DNA of 60,000 bases, from NCBI RefSeq assembly GCF_037042905.1, contig NC_087251.1:35404001-35464000 (forward strand). Reading direction: 5' to 3'. The stretch is from Lytechinus pictus. Its lineage: Eukaryota. This document shows positions 1 to 13,550 of this stretch, in pieces (the first letter of the stretch is position 1; each line of letters opens with the position of its first letter). Below the pieces are notes generated by a model, which searched no databases, was not told the origin of the DNA, and saw nothing but the letters and a program-made list of their open reading frames with translations. A program made the position numbers and the translations under genes.

Positions 1-561
1 ACTTAATATCATTCCATGCATGTCGTATCCCTCACATGTTTTAGTATCTTGCAAGTTATTATGATAAAAGAGAGCCAAAGAAATGCAAATCATTAACTAC
101 AAATGTCTTTAGTTTCGATTAATGCCATGCTTGACTTACTCCTTTATTCTTGTAACATTAACATTACCCAATTAGAGAATGAGTAAAAATATGTTTATTT
201 GTGAGCTCATGATCATGCCAAGCATGCTTACATCACTATTTATTGTTTTACTATCGATTTCAAGTTGAATAATCGACATTTTGTTTAAACAATTTGCTTG
301 AAAAAGCAATGTCTGCCCTTTGGTGATAATTAACTTCCAATGGCTGGGTTCACCAAAATGGCAATCTTCCTTTTCTATTATCCATTTGATGTTTGAACAT
401 GTTGGGCATGGCCCCTTCTTTCAATTCGTTAACTCCCAACATTTTGATCGCTCTTGCCACACCTATAAAATAATTACCGAGTATTTGGTGATTGGTATTC
501 CTGATTGTTTCTCAGAATACAAAGTGGACTTGTGCTCAAATATGTTCACTTTATATCATGC

Positions 562-3010
562 CATGGGCGAAAATACCAGGGGGACAGGGTGGACGCGTCC
601 CCCCTACCATTTTGGAAAGGGGGGGGGGACATAATATCAAATGTCATCCCTACTATTTGTGGTCTTTTATCATGGAAAAATACATAAGTAAACAATCGAA
701 ATTATACACATGTATCCTCGAATTTCGAAATGAATATAAACAGATAGTTTTTGTTAAGAACTTGGATAGGAAAAGAAAAGGCATACCGGCCCGACTATTC
801 TCGAACTCGCATCTAGCCCTATATGCCAGCCAATTGTCAATTTCATAACTAATAAAAATGACGAAAAAAGAAAATCGCCCCTGGATACTTATAAGTAAAT
901 TTAGTGTATAGATGGTAGACGAGAATGTTCCATACCCCGTAAAAACATACCTTTGTTCAACCAATTCATTTTCCCTTTATTCCAAATTTACTTGGAATAT
1001 AAGAATATTTTCATTGTTCGCGTACTCAGTAAAAATAATAGTTTTCATGAGTAATGATTATTCCTTCGCAGTGAATTTTAACTATGTTTTTTTTTATTTG
1101 TATTTAAATACTCTATTAACGAGACTAAGGGGGCGAAGCGGCGGCCCGCCTCCTATTGGCGGCGCAAACTAGGAAGGTGAGGAGAAAAATAAGAAGAAAG
1201 ATAGGACGAGGAAGGAAGTTAAATGATGGAAGGGGAGGGGAATAATTAAAAGAGAAAACTCTCAAGTCATTGTATAAAAATTAAAAAAATTCACTCGCAC
1301 TTTGCATTAATACACAGCCATCTCTTTATATCAAAACGTGCTTAATTTTTTTCTTCCACTTTTTAGATGGAAATATATAAAATCGAATCATTTATTTAGG
1401 GAGATATCGATCTTTTTCATAATTTGTAGGTTTAAATCTTTGAAAAAAATTAGCTCGCGCTTTGCGCTCGCATTGTTTATTGAGATAAACTGCTTGTTCT
1501 TTATTTCAAAAGTGCTTGAAAGATCCAGTTTTCAGATCCGAATATAAATAAAAATTCATTTCGCGCTTCGCGCTCGCATCAGTAATATGGTTGAGTCAGA
1601 TGCTATCCTGTTTATTGCTATAAGGTGAAAAGAAGATGACTTTTGTTGGTCGGAAAATAAAAAAAATCAGGATATGCTTCTCGCTCACATCAATTAAAAT
1701 TCAGTTAGATAGCTACCCTGTCCTTGATTTTAAAATATGCTAATACCGATTTTGTAAGCCGGAAATGACATATCTTAGCACTTCTCGCTCGATTCTAATA
1801 TTGCTTAGTAAGATTCCAATCCTGTTCATGATTTGAAAAAATGTTACGATTGTCCAGTTTTAAGGTTGGAAATAAGAAACTTTCAGCTCGCGCTTCGCGC
1901 CCGCATTAATTGTTTAGATTCCTATCCTGTTCACAATTTTAATTTTTAAGTACTAAGAATGTCCTAGTTTAGGTTGGAAAATCAAAAACTTTCACCTCTT
2001 GCTTCGCGCTCGTATTAATTGTTTCCTATTAATATTTTTTTATTTAAAGTACTAAGAATGTCTAGTATTTAGGTTGGAAAATCAAAAACTTTCAGCTCGC
2101 GCTTCGCGCTCGAATTAATTGATTAGATTCCTATCCTGTTCATATTCTTTTTGAGGCGCTATGAATGTCCAGTTATTAGGTTGGAAAATAAAAAACTTTC
2201 AGCTCGCGCTTCGCGCTCGCATTCATTGTTTAGATTCCTATTCCGTTCATTATTAAGTGCTAAGAATTTCCAGTATTAAGTTTGGATAAAAAAATTCAGC
2301 TCGCGCTCGCATCTATTATTTATTTAAATTCCTATCCTATGATTTGAAAAAAGTGTTACGAATGTCCAGTTTTTAGGTTGGAATATCAAAAACTGTCGGC
2401 TTGCGCTTCGCGCTCACATTAATTGATTAGATTCCTATCCTGTTCATATTCTTTTTAAAGTGCTATGAATGTCCAGTATTAAGGTTGGAAAATTAAAAAT
2501 GTTCAGCTCGCATCTATTATTTCATAGTTAAATTCCTATTATGTTCATGATTTGAAAAAGTGTTACGAATGTTCAGTTTTTAGGTAATTCCTATCCTGTT
2601 CATAATTTGAAAAAGTGTTACGAATGTCCAGTTTTTAGGTAGGAAAATCAAAAACTTTTGGCTCGCGCTTCGCGCTCGCATTAATGGTTTAGGTAGGTTC
2701 GAATCTAGTTCATGATCACAAAAAAACGTTCAGACTGTTCAATTTCCATGTCACAATTTAGGAAATATCAACATATTTGGGCTCGCGCTTCGCGCTCGCA
2801 TTATTTATTGAGGCCTTTCATCTTTTAAAGTTAGGAATACCTCCCCTCTTCGAAATATGTATAATTATATACATGTATATAAATATATATATATTTGTGT
2901 GTGTGTGATGGTGTGTGTGTGTGTTTGAGTTAGTAACTCTGTAGAACATAAAAACGGAAAACTCAATTGTGTCCCCCCCCCCTATCTTTAAGGAGAGATT
3001 TCCGCCCATG
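562..3010. mobile_element. Non-autonomous hAT-like element with internal ~120-bp tandem repeats
   Basis: TIR CATGGGCG(A/G)AAAT ... ATTTCCGCCCATG; 8-bp TSD tatcatgc/tataatgc; GCTCGCGCTTCGCGCTCGC units at ~1450-2800. Confidence 0.8.
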
Positions 3011-3704
3011 TATAATGCCATGCATGTCGTATTCCTTTACTCATTTTTCAATACATGTCTTGACTCTTAGTATCTTGCAAATTATAATGATAAAAGAGTG
3101 CTAAATATGTACATAGTTTAAACTAAGCTGTTTGATTGATGTCATGCATTCCATACGCGTTACTCTTTCGTATTATTCTTGAACTATATTTGTATATTTT
3201 ATTGTTCACCTTTGCAATACCAACATTCTTCTATTAGAAAACAAAAAGTAAAAAAGGTTTTCATTGTGAGCTTTTGCCATGCTTGATTATTGTCTATTTT
3301 ATTATTTTATTATTAACTTCTATTTGAATAATCGACTTTCTGTTAGACAATTTGCTTGATCTAGTCATGTCTGTCCTTTTGTGCCTAACTTCTATTGGTT
3401 GGCTTTACTGAATGGTAATATTCCTTTCTAACGTCGATCTTAATGTCGATTTTCAAGTCTGTTGATTAATACGCATGCAACATCGACTTCACTATAGCCT
3501 ACGTACTTGAAATAATATCCTAAAATTTGAAATTGCACTTTGGAGCTTCTCACTTTATGTCCTCCGCCAATGTCTGTCGTTGACATATTTTCCCTTATAC
3601 TCGTTCCGTTCTCATTGACTTCCACCGTTCTCATTGCAAACCTAAAAACTATTTTACTGGAAGCCAGTATAGGAAACCAGTTTGGAAGATCACTTTGCTC
3701 GCGT

Positions 3705-4652
3705 TCCCACTTCGTATTATTTATAGTACAGCTTTCCGTTCTCATACGGACCCACTTTATCTAGAAAGTAAACTGTTGAAAGTCAAAGACCTGTATTTAC
3801 TACAGTTAGGGCACTTCATGTATAGTTATAATAATAATGCACTTCCCATATTTTTGATGCCATGTTCCCTAAAAATCAATTTGATCATAAATACCCCCAC
3901 GAGACACTGACGAATTTCATATAACTTTTCTGGCCAAAAATACATTCCTATTCAACGGTCCTAAATTCTTGAACTCCCTATCTAATGATGTTAAAGACAG
4001 TGTCTCTTTAAATGCATTCAAACGTAAACTCAAACTTATCCTTCATTCCTAAAAATTCTTCGCAACGGAATTAACACTTCATTATTTTGTTTATCATCCT
4101 TACATTTTCCATTTTTATTGTTTTATCTCTTTTTATCTTATATTGTCCAGGTATATCATCTTTTGTTATTTCACCAGATTAAACTGGTTTGTGGTCCACC
4201 CTTCCCTTTTCTGACTTTTCTTCCCTCTTATTTACTTATTATGTTCTTATCTTGTCTTGTCCCGTTCTGCCTCTTGTTTTGTCTTGTATTCTATGTCTTG
4301 TCATTCCCTCTCTCTTTCCTCGTTTTCTCCTGTCTAGTGCGCAATATATTCTTCATAGCAGACACCTCTTTGTGTGACTAGTTTTGCATTTGGTCATTAA
4401 TTATGTTCACATCAATCTCATTTCGATCCTTTTTTTTCCTGCATATTCGAATAAGTCGACAATATTTTTTTCATTTCCAAGGGGATCCACATTTTACAAG
4501 CTTGGCATTTAGTGAACCCCCCCCCCTCATTTCCATTCAAGTTTATAATGGGTTTTTTATGAAGTAAGAGTGTTCATCTGTAAAATTATGTCTGATTTAT
4601 GTTACTTTGTATTATGTTTTGAATGGAAATGGAATAAAGAATTGAATTGATT
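3705..4652 (+). mobile_element. 3' fragment of a CR1/L2-type LINE
   Basis: LRIIYSTAFRSHTDPLYLESKLLKVKDLYLLQLGHFMY...NGPKFLNSLSNDVKDSVSLNAFKRKLK is a typical ORF2 C-terminus; ends in AATAAA plus (ATTGA)n. Confidence 0.8.
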
Positions 4653-6144
4653 GGCATGACACGCTATTGTCGGAGTAGGCCTAGATGTATAGGTCCTAGA
4701 TCTAGATTTTAAATCTAACGTGAGATGATGCGTAATGTTATTACCATAGAACTGATACGGTAAGTTGATATCTTGATTAGATTGAGATCTCGCTAATGAG
4801 ACTTTAGTGTCGTCGACGGTAAAGTGTAACGGGGTTCGCCAACACGAACAGTACGCTTTTCTACAGTGGTTATGCAGAAACGCTCTAGGGCTTAGATCTA
4901 AATAATGACATTGATTTATATGACTCAAAAGATGTGTCGATCTAGATCTACATCTAAATTAATCCAAACAAATTTAAGGAGATGGTTATTTGTTTTAAAA
5001 AAAATCAACAACAAATCGGATTAGATCTAGGTCTACCCAAGTTACATTTTCAGGATCTCTACAGTCTACACTACAGCCCGGGTAACCTTTTTTGTAGAGA
5101 AGCGAGAGTTTCGGTTTGTTTATGCCTTATGGGCCAATGCGTCTTGAACTCGCCCCACGAAAAGGTGTTCTTACGCTTTTTCAAATTTCATTCAGTTTAA
5201 CATATGATATCTCGACTAAACTGATAGATATTGTAATAAATTTGTGTTATTTTAAAGCTGAATATATACTCTATCATCATATAAATATGAGTGCTTTGGC
5301 ACTTCGCGACACCGCGATTGATAGAACGAAAACTGGCGAGGGTGGAGGAAGGGGGGAGTGGTACACACAAAGTTTATGGGAAAGACACGTTTCATATTTC
5401 AAACATGAATAACAAGGGGTTAGATATTAGGGATTAAAACTTGATGTGATTAGTATGATAATGAAACACTTTATCACAATGTATTTCAATTACCCCCCCC
5501 CCCCATTCCGTGTATGAAATCACTAAAAGATTCTCGCACAGGCACTCATTATGATGTTATTTTTCCACCAAATGGAGACGTATTGTTATGAAATTGGTCT
5601 CATTTGATAGCTGATAATAGTTGTACTATAACGGTAAACACTACGATATGCGCATCAATTTGTAATACTGCGCGCGATTTACGAGTAACAAATAAAACAA
5701 GGGTACCATAATTTAGGGCTGGTGGTGCACATTACATGTTAATCTATGGGATTGTTGTAATGGTAGAATTAAGCATGCATACATGTATAACTTTGCTTTT
5801 CAATGAGCTAGTTTGGTCTCATTTTATAGCTTATTATAACAGGTATAGCAATAAACCTCTATACGCACCATAGAATCATTAATTATGATTTATTCGAAAT
5901 TTTAAGTAAAAACTGATAAAAGTGTCATTTTCAGATATTCGAAATTCACCTAAATTTGCACATCAAAATTATCTTGAAGAAATTAATGAATCCCTTTGAA
6001 TTATATATCATCTGACAGGGAATTTCGTCCATTTTTTATCCTCATGAAATTTCACTTTAAGTAAATTATATTTTTTTATAGATAGAGTAAATGTTTTTAA
6101 ATTTATATAACCATTTTAATACAGAAAATCATTAGATTTGGGTG

Positions 6145-7805
6145 CAGGGGCGGCGGAAAAAAGACACCTTTTCTTTCGAAAAGGGCACTCATAAAAACAA
6201 AGAAAAATTACTTATCTACAGTGGTGTATATAATCCACAAATTTTGATGGGGATGAATATGTTGTATCACATAAAATTTATGAGAAGCTGCGAGCGAACG
6301 AGCAAATATTTTGACAATTTTGTAAAACGAAAATCAAATGTGATAGATTTTGACATATTCAGAAAATAGTATCACATTTCTCCCTTCTCTCTTTCCTTTC
6401 CTTTCCTTTTCTCTTTTAATCTTGGGGGTGCTTATCTACCCCACTCACATGACTCATGGAAATTAAGGCAGGTAGAATTATTTTTACAATGTTTTCCTTC
6501 ATAAGTAGTAACATATAAAAATGAAAATATTGTTTTCTTGTTTCAAAGGGGCATTTGCTTACGGCATAAAACGTGTTCTCATGTATGAAAGGGGCACAGA
6601 ACACGTTCATGAGGGGCACTTTTCTGGGGTAAAAAGGGGCACTGATTCGAGGAAGGGCACTTGCAAGAAGGCAAGGGGGCACTTGCTCACATCAAATCTT
6701 AACCTAATTTTAAGTTTTGAAATGATATCATAACTTAGAAAGTATATGAACCTAGCTAATGAAACTTTAACATAAGAGTAATCAGGTATTACTGAACATC
6801 CTGCTTTGGTTTCAGGTCACATGACTAAGATCAAAGGCCATTTGGGGTCAATTAACTTAGACAATGTTGGGGGAATCCATACCGAAATCTTAACCCAAGT
6901 TTAAGTTTTTGAAATGTCATGATAACTTAGAAAGTATATAGACCTAGTTCATGAAACTTACAAATAATAATAAAGTATTACTAAACATCCTGTGTGAGTT
7001 TCAGGTCACATGACTAGGGTCAAAGGTCGTTTAGGGTCATTTAACTTTGGCAATGTTGGGCGTATTTGTTGAATTACCATCGTAACTTTGAAAGTTTATA
7101 AATCTAGTTCATAAAACTTAGACATAAGAGTAATAAAGTATCAATGAACATTCTGTGTGAGTTTCAGGTCACATGACTAAGGTTAAAGGTCATTAGGGTC
7201 AATGAACTTTGGCCATGTTGGGAGAATATGTTGAATAACCATCATAACTTTGAAAGTTTATGGATCTAGTTGAAATATCGGTAAGCATCCAGTGTGAGTT
7301 ACAGGTCACATAACCAAGGTCAAAGGTCATTTAGGGCCAATTAACTTTGGTCATGTTTTGGGGATATTTGTTGAATTGGCATCATACCTTAGAAAATTTA
7401 TTGAACTAGTTCATGAAACATAGAAATAAGAGTAATCAAGTATAAATTATATTTTTGCACACATCTTAGATCACATGATCATGGTCAAAGGTAATTTTGG
7501 GCCAATGGACATAGTATTTATTATCATATGAATGTTTTCTTTGTGAATAATTATTCAATAGCTGTTTTCAAAGTCAGCACTGCTGCGATATCGAATCCCA
7601 AAATGCAGGCGAGACTGCACTTATACGAGAAAGGGCACTTGGAAACACCTAAAACGGGTCCTCCTTAGGTGAAACAGACACAGTACACGTTTGTGAGGGG
7701 CATTTTGCTTGCATAAAAAGGACACTTTTTAGTGCTTCAAAGGGGGGCACTGTGCACCCGACCCCCACCCCCCCCCCCCACCCCTTCCCGGGATCGCCGA
7801 CCCTG
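6145..7805. mobile_element. Non-autonomous hAT-like element
   Basis: TIR CAGGGGCGGCG/CGCCGACCCTG; perfect 8-bp TSD tttgggtg; internal AAGGGCAC repeats. Confidence 0.85.
6686..7616 (+). mobile_element. Helentron/DINE-1-like tandem-repeat element (5' truncated), nested in the hAT
   Basis: Tandem units of ~120-180 bp containing GGTCACATGAC...AGGTCAAAGGTCA; ends with ATGCAGGCGAGAC; same family as 18173-18863. Confidence 0.7.
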
Positions 7806-8059
7806 TTTGGGTGACGTATAAAGTAACACAAATGGGGGAGTTAAGACGCACGGCCTTATGGATAATAAGTTTAAATGTAAAACACATGTATGGGGGGGGG
7901 GGGAACCTACACTAATAATCAGCAAAAACCGGTAGGCTATTCTTTGTTGTACAAAGCTGTACGAGTCTGATTGATAGTGCAAGGCATTAACCTTTATGTC
8001 AAATATACCACGAAGGTTTTACCAGTCTGTCTGATGATAAGTTAGACGAAAGAGAGCAT

Positions 8060-8178
8060 TAACAATCATAGCTACCGGTAGATGTTTGTCATAGGACAAT
8101 CTCATTAGATGTAAATCAGATTCTAAGCTGTGTACACTTGTGGCAGTGACAAATTCATTGGTTAGACTGTCCCATGCC
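8060..8178 (-). mobile_element. Short CR1-type LINE 3' remnant
   Basis: AWDSLTNEFVTATSVHSLESDL resembles the ORF2 end motif WNxLPxxVVxAxSVxxFKxxL. Confidence 0.45.
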
Positions 8179-8198
8179 TTAAGGCCATCGCACACGTA

Positions 8199-10571
8199 TA
8201 TGCTTTTCACACTGCATTTCCTTAACCCCATACTATCCTTAACCCCGGACTATCCTTAACCCCATACTATCTTTTTTCGATTCACACTGTCTTTCTTAAC
8301 CCCGTACTATTGCTTAGCCGGGGTTAACGCCTTATAGGCCAAGAGCATTAGGTGTAACATGGAAATTTTTGGTAACAAGCTGATTTTTTCAGGATAGGTC
8401 CAGAAATATGTCTAGAATAACATACTAAAAGTCCTTATATATCCTTCTTGAGGGTTTTCCGTAATCCAAGATGGCGTCCAAAATGGCCGCCATTCACAGA
8501 AAATGGACATAACCCACTCGTCATCCACCCTAGACATCCAATTTTGGTGCATATTTCATGGTTTAAAGGTGTAAACAGAACTATTGATACTGGTTAGAGT
8601 GAACATAGGCAGACCAGTATACCTTAAATTCCAAGATGGCGTCTAAAATGGCCGCTAAAGCCTGAAAATCCACAATTTATCGATTACTAATGTTAGTATC
8701 TTTAATTTTGTTTCTATTCAGTGGTGTTAAGGGTCAAGTAGTACATTTGGACAAGTTACAAGGACAGTCAGTGGTCAAGTATGTCCAAAAATTCAAGATT
8801 GCTTCCAAAAATGGGGTCTTAAATTGTTGCTATTATTTACAAATGGACATAGTACATTTAATATCTGCTGGAGATATATGATTGTGGTATCTAAACCATG
8901 GTTTAAAGGGTCAAATGATACATTTGACAGGTTAAAAGGACAGTCAGTGGTCCAGTACGTCCAAAAATCAAAGATTTCTTCAAAAAATGGAGTTTAAATT
9001 TACTGCTGTTACTGAAAAATTGACATAAAAATCGAAGATGGCTTGTAAAAATGGAGTCTCAATTGAAATAATTTATTATCTGCCTGGGAGATGATATTTT
9101 GGGGTCTAAAGGGTCTAATAATGCATTATGTCATAAAATCCAAGATGGCTTCCAAAAATGGGGTCTAAAATGGATGCTTTTACTTACAAATGGACATAGT
9201 TCATTATTTTGATATGTGCCTGGGATATATGATTTTGGTGTCAAAACGATTGTCTAAAGGGTCAAATAATATATTATGAAAGTTCAAAGGACAGTCGGTG
9301 GTCCTACATGTCCAAAAATCCAAAATGGCTTTCAAAAATGGAGTCTAAATTAACTGTTGTTACTGAAAATGGACATACTTCATTAAAAATCCACCTGAGA
9401 GATATGATTGTAGTGGACCACTAGCGGTCCTTTTTACATGTCCTGGTGTATTTATTTGACCCTTTAAACAATAGTTTAGACACCACAATCATATCTCTCG
9501 GGTGGATTTTTAATTAAGTATGTAAATTTTTCAGTAACAGTAGTCAATTTAGACTCCATTTTTGGACGTCGTCTTGGATTTTTGGACATACTGGACCACT
9601 GAGTGTCTTTTAGACCTGTCCTAATGTATTATTTGACCCTTCAAACCATGGTTAGACACCACAATCGTATATCCAGCTGGAAGATATTAAATGTACTATG
9701 TCCATTTGTAAGTAATAGAAGCCATTTAAGACCCCATTTTTGGAAGCAATCTTGGATTTTTAGACATACTTGACCACTGACTGTCCATGTCACTTGTCCA
9801 AATGTACTACTTGACCCTTAAAACCATTGAATAGAAACATAATTAAAGATACTTTATAAGCAACAAATGAATTGTGGATTTTTAGGCTTTGGCGGCCATT
9901 TTAGATGACATCTTGGATTTTTAGGTATACTGGTCTGCTTATGTTCACTCTAACCTGTGTCAATAGCACTTTTTACACCTTTAAACCATGGAATAAGCAC
10001 CAAAATTTGATGTCTAGGTCGGATAATGAGAGCGTTATGGCCATTTTCTGTAATGGCGGCCATTTTGGACGCCATCTTGGATTACGGAAAACCCTCAAAG
10101 AGGATATATGTTGACTTTTAGTATGTTATGCTATACATATTCCTGGACCTATCCTGAAAAAATCAGCTTGTTACCTGAAATTTCCTTTCTTGAGCATATT
10201 TTGGCCTAATGCTCTTGGACTATTAACCCCGGGCAATCACACAGCTCATAAATATTGATGATTTCACCACACAGAGCGCGATTAACGTGTAATTTCGACT
10301 TATGTGATTGGCTAATGCTTAGCCCCGCTTTTGCTTAGCCCTGTTTCGTTTCACACTGCATCTCTTAGCACCGCAATTGTGGTGCTAGCACCACAATAAG
10401 CCGGCTTTTTTGCAGGGCCAGATAGTACCGTACTATTTACCGTGTTAGCCCACTTTGCTAAAACGTAGTGTGAAAACGAAGTGGGCTAAGCTTAACCCCG
10501 GGAGATTGGTGGGGCTAAGACCCCCCCTTAGCCCACCAATTTAGGACAAAAAGTGCAGTGTGAAAAGCATA
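8199..10571. mobile_element. Second PIF/Harbinger-like MITE (middle element of the nest)
   Basis: TIR TATGCTTTTCACACTGCA/TGCAGTGTGAAAAGCATA; CTTAACCCC repeats on both sides of the inner insert. Confidence 0.8.
8335..10222. mobile_element. 1.9-kb foldback element, possibly Academ-like (inner element of the nest)
   Basis: Termini TAG(G/T)CCAAGAGCATTAGG...CCTAATGCTCTTGGACTA; TTA TSD; arms inverted over several hundred bp. Confidence 0.8.
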
Positions 10572-11600
10572 ATATGATTGGTCTGCGACGGCCTATTTTG
10601 GAATAAAACGTAGTAGAATTTGATGCTAATATTAAGACATGGAATATCTCAGTGAGTAATGTTCTAAATCAACGTAAAATAATAATGTTATGTTCAAATC
10701 TGTGACTAAGCTTTCATCCTTATGAGAAATAAAAGCGAATTTAATATCTAGTATTGACGTCCGCAATCTTACGATCGGCACCGATTTGAAATTTATTTTG
10801 GCCTTTACTCCAAAATAAAGGCTGGTAATCATGAAAAACTGTTATATTAGTATTGAATTTCAAATAAAAAGATAATTTATGTACATTATTAGAAAATGAG
10901 CAAAATGCGATTTGTTTCAAAATCGGATTATCGGACCAGTCGTAAAGTGTGCGGTGGCCTTTACATATACTTACATTTTAATAAGATTTCTATACTCTCT
11001 GTTTTTTGCCCTAGGTATAAAGAACTTTTACTATGGGGCATGATAATAGTTATTAAAGAGTCTGTATGTTTCTATCATATGTTACCCCAATTCTTGTGTA
11101 ATATATGTATGCAAGGGTTCGAATTTTCGCCCGTTTTAGTATTTGTGCATGAGGAAGCTTCCCCACTTCGGGTGCTGTATTAATCTCGTCTTCCTGACAT
11201 AAGCACATTCAAGTTGTGGTTATACAAGTGATTTATACAATTATGCAAAACTATTTTTGTCTGATGAGACAAGGTTCGAATGATTAAAACCAAAGGTTTA
11301 TTTGCCTTGTTGATGCTTTTTCAAAAGCTTCAGTTTTACTATCTATGACGACTCCAAAGTCCCTTTCTGCCATGTTCAAGTGCATGATCATTGATTAAAG
11401 TATGTATTGGAAATGTTCCTGCTGGACCTGTGGCACACCAATGTTGAGAAAACTACAGTTCTTGGGGTTAACTTTAAGCTGCCATTGTGGTCGTACAAGC
11501 GATTTATACAATTATGCAGAACTGTTTTTGTTTAAAAAGACAAAGTTCGCCTGATTAAACCCAAAAGTTTATTTGCCTTGTTGAAGCTTTTCAAAACTTA

Positions 11601-12015
11601 AGGCGACCGCACACCTTACCATTGGTCTGCGACCCGATTTCAGAGTAAAATGTAGTAGAATTTGATGCTAATATTGAGACTTGGAATATCTTACTGTGTA
11701 ATGTTCTAGATCATCGTACGAATACCTATGTTCAAATCTGTGACTATGCTATCATCCTTCTTAGAATAACAGCGAATTTAATATCTAGTCGTAATGACGT
11801 CATAGCAGTCGTACGATTGGCTACGATTTGAAACTAATTTGGCCTTTACTCCAAAATAAAGGCTTGTAATCTTTCAAAATGGTTATATTAGTATTCTTTC
11901 AATTAATTTTAACCTCAAATAAAATGAAATGTTCCATTCACATTTTCAGAAAATGAGCAAAATGAGATTAGTTCCAAAATCGGATCGCGAACAGTCGTAA
12001 TGTATGCGGTGGCCT
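11601..12015. mobile_element. PIF/Harbinger-like MITE
   Basis: AGGCGACCGCACAC...ATGCGGTGGCCT; TTA TSD. Confidence 0.85.
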
Positions 12016-12409
12016 TTAAGTTTACAACTACTGCAAAGTCCCTTTCTGACATGTTCAAGTGCATCATGGATTAAAGTATGTACTGTATGGGAAATGTTCC
12101 TGAATGGGGGTGTGGCACACCAATGGCGAGAAAACTATATTTCTTGGATTTAAATTTAAGCTGCCATTTATCCTACCAGCATTTATATCACCAAGATCTT
12201 TCTGGATTGTATCGCAATCATTCTGATCTTTGATATAATTGAAAATATTAGTATCATCAGTTAAAAGGAAAACCCGATAGTCTTATTGCGAATTCTGAAC
12301 ATTTGAAGTTAGTAATATTAACTTTTCCCAATCTACATCAACAGGGACATTCCGGTATTCATAACGCTTGTCTGGGACACATCTGTCTTGAAGAAATACT
12401 ACTTTCCAA

Positions 12410-13550
12410 GTCAAGTACACCCAACACAAAGTGGATATAGATAAACAGAAGAAAAAAATCTTACAAGCATAATCCTGAAAATTTCATCAAAATCGAATGT
12501 GAAAATTATAGCATTTTATTAGTATGCAAAACAGTTATATGCACAGCTCTAATATGCAAACGAGAGATTTAATGATGTCACTCACTATTTTGTATATTTC
12601 AATATAGATTTTGAGGCAGATTTGACAAGGAATCATGTAAAATATGAATCACAATATGTTGCAACAATGGCAACTCAACTTGGAGGAATCAAACATTGTT
12701 TCACAATTTAATGAGAAAAAATGATATGATGAATTACATATTTTTTTTATACAAAATAAAAAGTGAGTGGGTGGCGTCATCGGCCCCCCTCATTTGCATA
12801 TACGGGCCAGTATGTATACCGTGTGAGTAAAAAAAAACCTTGACACCTCACGAATCCCCAATTTAAGAAAACAATATGTCATGAATGCATAATCGTTATA
12901 TAGGGCTGGAAAGAGTATCTTCTAAATGATTTGATACCATAATCGTAAAGTGTTCACGCTTGGATAATCGGGAGGTTTTCTTTGCAGTACCGGTAATGAT
13001 TTTGATTTGTGGCACAGAAAGGCGTGACTGCAATGAATAAATCAAGATGTCAATCATGCCATAATCCTGCATGAATCAGTAAACATATGTATTTGCATAT
13101 CCCTTTTCAATAAAATTAACTTGAAAATGTGTTTATTAAACAATAACAATGTAAATTACTGAAAATGTGTTTTGAAAGGGATTTTAATGCAATCCTTGTA
13201 GAATTGTGACATCATTGACATCTGAATTCATTAATTACATTCATGTCTTTCTTTGGCGCAAAACAAAATTTACATCACTGCAAAGAATACCTCCTGATCA
13301 TCCAAGCGTTAAGACATTCTCCATAAATATGGTATTAAAATTATTTTGATAAAATACTCTTTCAGGCCATATATAATAATCATGTGTTCATAACATATTT
13401 TTCCTTAACTTGGGGATTTGTAAGGTGTAAAGATTTTTTCTTTACTCATATACTGTTTTGCGAAATTTAGCGAAAAGTTAAAACGTCATAAATTTCTTAT
13501 TCTACACCCAGTTTGATGAAATGTTCAGCGTTATGCTGGGTGGCCTTTTT
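12410..13550. mobile_element. Degraded Kolobok-like MITE interrupted by a Tc1/mariner-like MITE (~12819-13448)
   Basis: Collinear with 33635-34231; the insert has long inverted ends (GAGTAAAAAAAAACCTTGACACCTCACGAATCCCCAA vs TTGGGGATTTGTAAGGTGTAAAGATTTTTTCTTTACTC). Confidence 0.65.

Larger units (their letters stand above)
8182..10960. mobile_element. PIF/Harbinger-like MITE (outer element of a nest)
   Basis: TIR AGGCCA(T/C)CGCACAC; TTA TSD on both sides; uninterrupted sister copy at 11601-12015. Confidence 0.8.
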
